A stretch of 63,967 nucleotides of DNA, filler included. It is 9 parts of 9 records of this genome, joined end to end, with 100 filler letters (N's around TTAATTAATTAA, not from the genome) between each part and the next. Parts side by side here need not be neighbours in the genome. Positions count along the whole stretch, not along the records: positions 24,264 to 33,733 come from SRR31156797_90126; positions 33,834 to 44,039 come from SRR31156797_90283; 7 more parts are not named here. The stretch is one strand, 5' to 3'. The notes under the pieces are model-generated. The model searched no databases and was not told the origin of the DNA. It worked only from the letters and a program-made list of their open reading frames with translations. Numbering within the stretch: the stretch's first letter is position 1; each line of letters starts with the position of its first letter. Shown here piece by piece: positions 30,605-39,053 of the stretch. A program made the position numbers and the translations under genes.

Positions 30605-31141
30605 TTAGGAGTCAAGGTTTTCTAAAGTCTGTTCATCAAGCCAGCCGGATAAGCACTGAACAGCGTACTTGATTGCCGGATGACAGGAAGAAGCGTTGAG
30701 AGTTCGCTGACAAAAAAGCGGAACCCACGTGTGCATATGTGTGAAAAAGCGTTTTCTTAATTCCAGTGAGTCAGGCTGGTCCGTTTGTTGTGCCAAGTGG
30801 TTCATAGCCAAAGCAGCATCGAGCTCAAGGCTTATGTGGTCATCGGGGAGCTTATTTTTCCAAGGGGATTCAAGGCCAAGAGCAGCATACATCTCACGAA
30901 CATCCATAGTTGTTTTGTTCATGACCAACGCTTCAGCATTCAGATACACGGAGGAAAATGGAGGAGCCTCAAGGGCAGCAGGGCCAACAAAAAGTCTATT
31001 AAAGGCAAATTCAACTTCCTGCCAGTCCGCAACTACGGGACCATTTCCTGGAAAAGAGTCGAGTAAGGACTGATAAGCTTTTTTGAGATCATGACTATTT
31101 TCAGCAAGGAAAAAATCTCGAATTGCTGCCACTTTTTTCAT
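30605..31141 (-). CDS. TorD/DmsD family molybdoenzyme chaperone
   Basis: FNRLFVGP...APPFSSVY, PDDHISLEL, HM.TWVP.F. Confidence 0.9.
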   Translation of the reverse strand: MKKVAAIRDFFLAENSHDLKKAYQSLLDSFPGNGPVVADWQEVEFAFNRLFVGPAALEAPPFSSVYLNAEALVMNKTTMDVREMYAALGLESPWKNKLPDDHISLELDAALAMNHLAQQTDQPDSLELRKRFFTHMHTWVPLFCQRTLNASSCHPAIKYAVQCLSGWLDEQTLENLDS

Positions 31142-31340
31142 ATCTACCTGCAAGAGTTGAATTATGCACAAAACAAATTAAGGACCAGTTAGGAGACCAT
31201 CTGTCTAATGCATACAAGATAGAAAAAAGAAGAGCAAGGGGGGGGAATGGTTAATTAATGGGTATCTAAGCATACCCAATAGAAGGGTGATAATTAATAA
31301 AATCGTGAATTAACAGGTTGTTACAGTTGATAGAGATAAT

Positions 31341-33044
31341 CTACTTATTAAGATAGGCAAAAAGATTGATGTCTTTACCGCTTAAGCCAAGTTTTTTTCT
31401 GATATTTTTACGGTGGGTCTGTACCGTCTCTATGGATATAGTCATGGCTTCCGCAACATCCTTTGATGTAAATCCTGACTGAATCATTTGACATATCTGC
31501 ACTTCTGATTTGGTTAATCGCACAATATCTTCGTTGTGCAGAGCACCTGAAGATTTGGTCAGCCCTGCCAACTGGTTGCGCAGAATTTTCATGTACATCT
31601 CTCTTACTTGACCATTTTCCTCGGTGGCCAATTTTTGCAGCGAAGGTATGATGCTTGTGGTGATTTTCTGGTTTATGGAAAGCTCTAAATCCTCCCTTTC
31701 GCGGTCGATCGCTTTCATTACATTTCTCAAGGTCACATTCATCTCTTCGGCCTTTGATTTTTCTTCGAGCAGATATCTCTCCATTGCCTTTTGCCTGGTG
31801 ATATCGCGCACGATGAGGTGAAGAAAAACTTCGTCGCCAGCTGGAAATTTATTCACGGTAATACTTGCGGGAAAGGGTTTACCGCAACCGGTGATGCCGT
31901 TTACCTCTCCATGCCAAACATTGTCTTCTTCAATTAAAGCCGCTTGTTTAAACGAATCGATGCTGTCCGGATGGATGATTTTGACACAGTTCGCTCCTTC
32001 CAGCCACTGATTGGTAATACCAAACATATCTGCAGCTTTCTCGTTGGCTTGAACGATTTTAAGAGACTGATCAACAAGCAGGATACCTTCACCAGCAGAG
32101 GAAAAGAGAGAGCGAAAAAGTTGTTCAGATTTGGTCAAAGCCTCGGTACGTTCCAAGACGAGTTGTTCCAGTTGTCTCCGCTGATCAACAATTGTTGTGA
32201 TATCGGTGAGGATGATTACATAGCCAGCGGAAGCAAGAGAAACCATTTTGAGTGGCACAATCACCATGGAATGGATCTCAGCACCGTCTTTTAAGCGAAT
32301 TTCATGATTGCAGCCGTGGGGATATCGCTTAAAAAAATCTTTGGCGGTAAAATTGGGATGACCAATGTAAGGGAATATGGAATCTCCGAGAAGATCTATG
32401 CTGTAATATTTTCTGGCAACTCCATTCAACTCGAGTATTTGACCCGCATCGTCTATTACAAAAACGATATCAGATGTGGATTCAAAGATGTTTTCGTACT
32501 TATTTTTCTCTAAAGTTAAGCGACGATTTTGCTGTGCCAGCCTATCGAGCTTTGTCTCTTGAGTCGACTCGTCCCAATCGGCGATGGTAATTGTTTCAAC
32601 TGCATCTACAATTCGTTTGAATTCGATATATCCTTTTAATTTTTCATTATCCGGTAGGTCAGCCTTTAGGATAATGTCCTCTACGGCGTGTAGGAGTGTT
32701 TTGAAGCAGCCGAAGAACATCTCAGCTTTGAGTCCTCGAGCTTGATGCCTTCTGCCAGTCTGGACGAGAAATTGAGCTAAATTGCGATTGTTTTGTAAAA
32801 CTGAAGAAAAATCCAGGGAAGAAGATTCACGTAGTAACAAAGCCTGAATGGGTTCAACCAGGCCCTTGATGCTGAGTATGCAATCCTCTTTCTTTGCTGT
32901 GGTATGATCGAGATATCCAGCCTCTTCCATGTAGGTGGTCCAATTACTCAGGAAGGTATCTATATCATGGAGGATCAAACTTAACAGTTGGTTCACATTT
33001 TTCCCATTATTAATTTTGAATTGTTTGTCACGATAGGGCATCAT
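31341..33044 (-). CDS. PAS-PAS-LuxR one-component regulator with an N-terminal helical sensor domain
   Basis: Two PAS segments (IFES..DIVFVID; LFSSAGEGILLVD...RDIT), C-terminal LT..E.QIC..I..G.TSKDVA..M.ISIETVQTHRKNIRKKLG. Confidence 0.9.
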   Translation of the reverse strand: MMPYRDKQFKINNGKNVNQLLSLILHDIDTFLSNWTTYMEEAGYLDHTTAKKEDCILSIKGLVEPIQALLLRESSSLDFSSVLQNNRNLAQFLVQTGRRHQARGLKAEMFFGCFKTLLHAVEDIILKADLPDNEKLKGYIEFKRIVDAVETITIADWDESTQETKLDRLAQQNRRLTLEKNKYENIFESTSDIVFVIDDAGQILELNGVARKYYSIDLLGDSIFPYIGHPNFTAKDFFKRYPHGCNHEIRLKDGAEIHSMVIVPLKMVSLASAGYVIILTDITTIVDQRRQLEQLVLERTEALTKSEQLFRSLFSSAGEGILLVDQSLKIVQANEKAADMFGITNQWLEGANCVKIIHPDSIDSFKQAALIEEDNVWHGEVNGITGCGKPFPASITVNKFPAGDEVFLHLIVRDITRQKAMERYLLEEKSKAEEMNVTLRNVMKAIDREREDLELSINQKITTSIIPSLQKLATEENGQVREMYMKILRNQLAGLTKSSGALHNEDIVRLTKSEVQICQMIQSGFTSKDVAEAMTISIETVQTHRKNIRKKLGLSGKDINLFAYLNK

Positions 33045-33191
33045 GACGATAATCTCTAAATTATTTTAAATATCTCCATTGCTAAGCCTACAACAAGGTT
33101 GGATCGAAAGCAACGTGGAGGTTATTGCCTCATTTATAAGAAAAAGGAAGCGTTCTCTCTTGGGCTGAGTCGGTGTTATAATTTAAGTCCC

Positions 33192-33733
33192 GGGAATCTT
33201 GAATAATAAATTATTTGAGCAAATCGGGTGAATCGCTCTTAACCATGCACGCGGATACAGTATTTCGACTCGATCCAACAACGAGTTTTTCGTACTGCAG
33301 CGAATGCGGTGAAGGCTCTCACCGTGCAAGCACAGGCCTGCTTGCTAAGTGGGAAGTAATGTTCCCAATCGATCAATATTGTACGCAAGGTTTCTCATCC
33401 CGATTTTCACCGTCGCTCTTGCCAAGCCAACTGTTCGTACAATTAGACTCCATGCCTTCTGGGTTTGTGCGCCGAAAACATGCTCAACCCTGGCGCGAAC
33501 CTTGGACTTGGTCCTGTTACTCTTCTGTTCCCGCGTTGTCAGCATTCGATTCCGAGTTCCTTTACGATGGATGCGCTCCCGATAACCTGACTCCTCCAGA
33601 GAGATTAGACGATCTTTCGAATAGTACGCCGAGTCTGCCCAAACATTACGGTTCGTATTGGCCGCCAGTATTTCCTCAAACACATTGCTGTCATGGACAG
33701 AGGCATCAATTGATATAAAATCCCTCCATGCCA
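33192..33733 (-). mobile_element. IS5-family element, 3' part (transposase ends at 33345)
   Basis: VHDS, VWADSAY, VRARVEHVFG, RTVGLARA...NLAYNI.R; probable terminal IR GGGAATCTTGAATAA at 33192. Confidence 0.85.
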
Positions 33734-33833
33734 NNNNNNNNNNNNNNNNNNNNNNNNNNNNNNNNNNNNNNNNNNNNTTAATTAATTAANNNNNNNNNNN
33801 NNNNNNNNNNNNNNNNNNNNNNNNNNNNNNNNN

Positions 33834-34504
33834 GGCGAAAAGGCGATGCAGCCGATGCCTTCGTCGTCCAACGCATCGAGCAAACCGTCCTCCTCGATCC
33901 AGCGGTTGAACATGTTGTAGCTCGGCTGGTGGATCAAACACGGCGTTCCCAGGTCGCGCAGGATGGCCGCGGCCTCGCGGGTCTTGGCGGCCGAATAGGA
34001 GGATATACCAACATACAGCGCCTTGCCCTGGCGGACGATCAGATCCAGTGCGCCGAGCGTTTCCTCGAGCGGCGTTTCCGGATTGAAGCGGTGGCAATAA
34101 AAGATATCGACATAGTCGAGACCGGTGCGCCTGAGGCTCTGGTCGAGGCTGGCGATCATGTGCTTCTTCGACCCGCCCTGGCCGTAGGGCCCCTGCCACA
34201 TCGGATAGGCGGCCTTGGTGGCGATGATCATTTGATCGCGGAAGGGAGCGAAATCCTTGGCCATAAGCTGGTTCAGGGTTTCCTCGGCCGTGCCCGCCGG
34301 TGGGCCGTAGTTGTTGGCCAGGTCGAAATGGGTAATGCCGTGATCGAAGGCGGCGCGGACAATGGCACGGGCGGATTCAAAAGAATCGATGCCGCCGAAA
34401 CCGTTCCAAAGGCCGAGCGACAACGCCGGCAGGTTAAGCCCGCTGTTGCCGCAACGCCTGTATTCCATGGTTTCGTATCCTGACGAAGATGGTTCGTATG
34501 CCAT
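33834..34504 (-). CDS. Aldo/keto reductase (YghZ/Gpr-like), 3' truncated
   Basis: MEYRRCG.SGL.LPALSLGLW, THFDLANNYGPP.G, SLDQSL.R.GLDYVDIFY.HR, IHQPSY. Confidence 0.93.
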
Positions 34505-34735
34505 CCCTTCCCCCTTGCTGATGATCGCGTGCCCGGCAGCGTCTGCAAAAACCGCCGCGCCGGGCAATTGAAATCCGGTTCCGGTTGCTTGGTTCCGCTC
34601 CGGCGCCCCAAATGTGGGTTCCAACCGTTCGGTTGGCAATAGTCGCGCTATCGGCAGGTCTTTCACGGCGGCGCAAATGTTCTATCATCGCCCGCCGCCA
34701 GGAAATGCAGGCAAGGTCCACCCGGAGAAAAACCC

Positions 34736-35959
34736 TTGAGCATCGTTTTCCGCGTTTTTGTTCCTTTCGCGCTGGGCTATTTCCTGTCCTACGTCTTTCG
34801 CGTGATCAACAACATCATCGAATCCGACCTGGTCGCCGAACTGGGTCTAAGCGCCTCCGACCTGGGCCTGCTGACCAGCACCTATTTCCTCACCTTCGCC
34901 GCCTTCCAGATTCCGCTCGGCATGCTGTTGGACCGCTACGGCCCCCGGCGGACCGAATCCGCGCTCCTTCTTTTCGCCGCCACCGGCGCCGTCGTTTTCG
35001 CCCTGGCGCCGAATCGGGAAGCCCTGGTGATCGGACGCGGATTGATCGGCTTCGGCGTCTCGGCCTGCCTGATGGCCGCCTTCAAGGCCTTCGTCATCTG
35101 GTTCCCGGCGGGCCGGCTGCCGCTGGTCAACGGCGTTCAGATGGCAATCGGCGGCATCGGCGCCATGGCCGCGACGGTGCCGGTGGAAGCGGCGCTGACG
35201 ATCACCGACTGGCGCGGCATCTTCATGGGTCTCGGAGCCCTGACCACCCTGGCCGCGATCATCCTGTTTACGGTGGTTCCGGAACACCCGGGCGAAGGCC
35301 CCGGAAAAAGCACCCTCGGCGAACAGTTGGGCGGTGTCGCCCAGGTCATGACCAGCCCGGTGTTCTGGCGCATCGCCCCGATCACGTTTACCACGCAGGC
35401 CGCCTTTATGGCGGTCCAAAGCCTGTGGTCGGGTCCCTGGCTGCGCGACGTCGCCGGTCTGGCCCGAAACGAGGTCGCCGGCGGCTTGATGGTCATCGCG
35501 GCGGCGATGACGGGCGGGTTCGTGCTGGCCGGTCTGCTGGCCGAACGCCTGGGACGGATCGGCATCACGCCGATCGCGGTCGCCGTCGTCTCGATGCTGC
35601 TGTCCATGGGCGTGCAGTTGGTCCTGGTCCTGCAGCTTGCCGTACCGCCGCTGTTGATCTGGTCGGCGTTCGCACTGCTCGGCACCAACGGCATCCTGGT
35701 CTATGCCGGCCTGTCGCAGATATTCCCGAAGCATCTGGCCGGACGGGTCATTACCGGCATGAACCTGTTGGTCTTCGTTTCCAGCTTCGCTTACCAGTGG
35801 GGAATCGGCATCGTCATCGATCTGTTCCCGATCGCGGCCGACGGCGGCTATCTGCCGCAATCCTATCGGGCCGGCTTCGCCGCCGTCCTGGCGACCGAAA
35901 TGCTGGCGCTCTTGTGGATGCTGTTCTACCGCAAGGGGCGCTTGCCGCTTAGAGACTAA
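34736..35959 (+). CDS. MFS transporter
   Basis: About 12 hydrophobic helices, G.LLDRYGPRR motif A. Confidence 0.92.
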   Translation: MSIVFRVFVPFALGYFLSYVFRVINNIIESDLVAELGLSASDLGLLTSTYFLTFAAFQIPLGMLLDRYGPRRTESALLLFAATGAVVFALAPNREALVIGRGLIGFGVSACLMAAFKAFVIWFPAGRLPLVNGVQMAIGGIGAMAATVPVEAALTITDWRGIFMGLGALTTLAAIILFTVVPEHPGEGPGKSTLGEQLGGVAQVMTSPVFWRIAPITFTTQAAFMAVQSLWSGPWLRDVAGLARNEVAGGLMVIAAAMTGGFVLAGLLAERLGRIGITPIAVAVVSMLLSMGVQLVLVLQLAVPPLLIWSAFALLGTNGILVYAGLSQIFPKHLAGRVITGMNLLVFVSSFAYQWGIGIVIDLFPIAADGGYLPQSYRAGFAAVLATEMLALLWMLFYRKGRLPLRD

Positions 35960-36953
35960 AGACCGGCGTCACCGGCCCTTCTGCCTCCCAGCCCTGGACC
36001 AGCAGTTGGCGGGCCTGCGCGTTGGCGACGACGGACAGCCGCGTCGTCGCGTTGAAGATGGGCGGCACGACCCAGGAAAAATCGTCGCCGGCGTGATCGC
36101 GGCGCTCCTCCATCAAGGCCCAGCGGCCGCGGCTGTCGGCGCCGCGCGCCCGCCCCGGCACCTTCAGGCAGATCCAGTGATTGGCCGTGCTGACCGGGCT
36201 TTCGCGAACCTCGGCCCGGGTTTCCGTGCGTTCGATGGCGCAGCCCTCGTCATCGCCCAGTCCGCTCAGGCTGTAGAAAACCGGAATGCAGATCGGCGTC
36301 TGGCTGAGCATCTGCTTGGCGTCTTCATATGTGGCGCATTCATCGAAGACGCGCCGCAGCAGATGCGTCGGCGGCAGGCCGGTCGAATTCCAGATGCCGA
36401 TGCGATTGACCATCCAATCGAAGGCCATGATCGGCGACGTCCAGCGCATCGGCGGCTGATTGAGCGCGGCCGAAAACCGGCCCGGCGCCATCGCCGTGGT
36501 GATGCCGGCGAAACCGGGCCAGGAAACGTTGAAATATTCACCGGCCGGCGCGTCATGACGGCCGATGACCAATGTCCGGCCGAGACCTTCCATCGGCCAA
36601 TCGAGTGTGCGCAGCATCCGGTTGCCGCCGCCGCCCGGCGCCGCACCGACGCCGGTCGTGCAGCTCCACTCGAACGAAAGATTGAGCATATGGGCGCCCG
36701 GTTCGCCGATGGCGGATGCCACCGCATCGATTTCGGACAGGTAAGGATTGCCCGTTCTTTCCATCCAGCGCCGCGACGCCGCGTCCGCCGCCTTCAGGGC
36801 CAGCCGGCCGTATCGGCGCTTGGCGACGGCAACGATCCGGCTCAGCCTTTCGGGCGCCGCCGACAGGGCCGCCAGGGCGCCGTCGGTTCCGGCATCGATC
36901 AACGGGATGGGGCCTTCGTCTGTCACTCCGGATGCTCCGTTTCGTTCAATCAT
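35949..36953 (-). CDS. Ntn-hydrolase (C45 / acid-ceramidase-like)
   Basis: LN.SFEWS/CTT putative autocleavage Cys, RTLDW, WPGF.G..TAM.PGRFS.ALN, TANH; start uncertain. Confidence 0.75.
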   Translation of the reverse strand: MIERNGASGVTDEGPIPLIDAGTDGALAALSAAPERLSRIVAVAKRRYGRLALKAADAASRRWMERTGNPYLSEIDAVASAIGEPGAHMLNLSFEWSCTTGVGAAPGGGGNRMLRTLDWPMEGLGRTLVIGRHDAPAGEYFNVSWPGFAGITTAMAPGRFSAALNQPPMRWTSPIMAFDWMVNRIGIWNSTGLPPTHLLRRVFDECATYEDAKQMLSQTPICIPVFYSLSGLGDDEGCAIERTETRAEVRESPVSTANHWICLKVPGRARGADSRGRWALMEERRDHAGDDFSWVVPPIFNATTRLSVVANAQARQLLVQGWEAEGPVTPVFSL

Positions 36954-37051
36954 TCGAATGCCCGGATCATATCACGGCTTTTCAAATCGGATCGGATCGT
37001 TAAAATCCCCTCGCCGTTGCCAAAAACGCACGCCCACATCGGAGACGTTCC

Positions 37052-38446
37052 ATGATCCCGCGCTATTCCCGCCCCCGGATGACCGACATCTGGGAAGCCG
37101 CCAACCGTTTTCGCATCTGGTATCTGATCGAGGCCCATGCCTGCGACGCGCTGGCCGAACTGGGCGTCATTCCAAAAGCCGCAGCCAAGGCGGTCTGGGA
37201 AAAAGGCGATACGGAATACACGCCCGAACGCATTACCCGCATCGACGATATCGAAGCCGAAACCCGCCACGACGTCATCGCCTTTCTGACCGAATTGGCC
37301 GAGGTCGTCGGCGACGAGGCGCGCTTCGTGCATCAGGGCATGACCTCGTCGGACGTCTTGGATACCTGCTTCAACGCGCAACTGACCCAGGCCGCCGACA
37401 TCCTGCTCGAAGACATCGACAAGGTCCTGGCGGCGCTGAAAAAGCGCGCCTTCGAAACCAAGGCAATGCCGGTGATCGGGCGGTCGCACGGCATCCATGC
37501 CGAACCGACGACCATGGGCCTCAAATTCGCCCGCTTCTTCGCCGAATTCACCCGCAACCGGCAACGCCTGGTCGCGGCGCGCGACGAAATTTCCACCTGC
37601 GCCATCTCCGGTGCCGTCGGCACGTTTGCCAACGTCGACCCCCGGGTCGAGGAATACGTCGCCGAAAAAATGGGGCTGTCGCCGGAGCCGGTATCGACCC
37701 AGGTCATTCCGCGCGACCGGCACGCCACCTTCTTCGCCACCCTGGCCGTCATCGCCAGTTCGATCGAGAACGTCGCCACCGAAGCCCGCCACATGCAACG
37801 CACCGAAGTGCGCGAGGCGCAGGAATATTTCGCGCCTGGGCAGAAGGGTTCCTCAGCGATGCCGCACAAGCGCAACCCGATCCTGTCGGAGAATCTCACC
37901 GGGCTGGCCCGCACCGTTCGCTCGGCGGTCGTCCCGGCGCTGGAAAACGTCGCCCTGTGGCACGAACGCGACATCTCGCACAGTTCGAGCGAACGCATGA
38001 TCGGCCCTGATGCGACGGTGACCCTCGATTTTGCGCTGAACCGTCTGGCCGGCGTCATCGACAAGCTGGTCGTCTATCCGCAGAACATGATGACCCAGCT
38101 GAACGCCTTCGGCGGCATCCATGACGCCCAACGTGTTTTACTTTTTCTGACCCAGAACGGGGTTTCGCGGGAAGACGCCTACAAGATCGTGCAGCGCAAC
38201 GCCATGCGGGTCTGGAAAAGCTTCGGCATCGATCCCGACAACCCGGACGCCGAGGCCGAGTTGGACGCGCTCGACAAGGAAGCCGCCGGCCACGACAACC
38301 GGCTGTTCTTCTTCCTGTCGAAGGACGCCGATCTGGCCGGCCTGCTCGATGTTCAAAAACTATCGGCCCTGCTCGACGAGGATTCGATCAGCTATCACTG
38401 CAAGCACGTCGACACCATTTTCAAACGCGTTTTCGGGCAGGCGTGA
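37052..38446 (+). CDS. purB: Adenylosuccinate lyase
   Basis: MIPRYSR, TRHDVIAF, GRSHGIHAEPTT, GSSAMPHKRNP, LWHERDISHSS. Confidence 0.97.
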   Translation: MIPRYSRPRMTDIWEAANRFRIWYLIEAHACDALAELGVIPKAAAKAVWEKGDTEYTPERITRIDDIEAETRHDVIAFLTELAEVVGDEARFVHQGMTSSDVLDTCFNAQLTQAADILLEDIDKVLAALKKRAFETKAMPVIGRSHGIHAEPTTMGLKFARFFAEFTRNRQRLVAARDEISTCAISGAVGTFANVDPRVEEYVAEKMGLSPEPVSTQVIPRDRHATFFATLAVIASSIENVATEARHMQRTEVREAQEYFAPGQKGSSAMPHKRNPILSENLTGLARTVRSAVVPALENVALWHERDISHSSSERMIGPDATVTLDFALNRLAGVIDKLVVYPQNMMTQLNAFGGIHDAQRVLLFLTQNGVSREDAYKIVQRNAMRVWKSFGIDPDNPDAEAELDALDKEAAGHDNRLFFFLSKDADLAGLLDVQKLSALLDEDSISYHCKHVDTIFKRVFGQA

Positions 38447-39053
38447 TGCCCGCCAAAACGATCGGCCATAAAAACATCCAGGCAAGGATTCCAATCGCCG
38501 CCAGGGCGCCGAAGACGTGGGCTTCCGCCACCGGCGGCCATTCGGTTGCCGTGAACAGGGCCGTTCCCCGGCCCCATTCGATCGCGGTCTTGGCGGCATA
38601 TCCGACAGCCGCCAGCAAGATCAGCGGGCTTCGGGTTCTGGCCCAGGCGGCAAACAGGACCAGGACAAAAAGCGTGTTGAGGATTCCGGACAGGCCGCAA
38701 TAGACGGCCAGGTCGGGGCGGGCCAGCCACAACCCCGCCGTCACCACCAGCGAACCGACGATCAGGGCGCCCAACTGGACCGATACGGACAGGCCGCAGA
38801 CGCTCCCGGCCCAGGCCAGCACGACAAGCGCCACGACGTTGACAATCAGGTGCTCCGGATCGCTGTGAACCAGATGGGCACCGAACAGGCGCCAGATCTC
38901 GCAGGACTGCAGGCCGTCGCGGCTATACACCAACCACTCCGGCGCCGGGCCGAAAACCGCATACACGGCCAGGGCCGCCAATCCGGGCAGGAAGGCGAGC
39001 CACGGCGCCTTGCTGCTGCCGCGGCCCGCTTCGGTTTTCAGGCGATTGCTCAT
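38421..39053 (-). CDS. rrtA: Rhombosortase (rhomboid-family intramembrane serine protease)
   Basis: EIWRL..AHLVH.D.EHL..N, YCGLSG (catalytic Ser), EAHVFGA (catalytic His); translationally coupled to a GlyGly-CTERM protein. Confidence 0.88.
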   Translation of the reverse strand: MSNRLKTEAGRGSSKAPWLAFLPGLAALAVYAVFGPAPEWLVYSRDGLQSCEIWRLFGAHLVHSDPEHLIVNVVALVVLAWAGSVCGLSVSVQLGALIVGSLVVTAGLWLARPDLAVYCGLSGILNTLFVLVLFAAWARTRSPLILLAAVGYAAKTAIEWGRGTALFTATEWPPVAEAHVFGALAAIGILAWMFLWPIVLAGITPARKRV

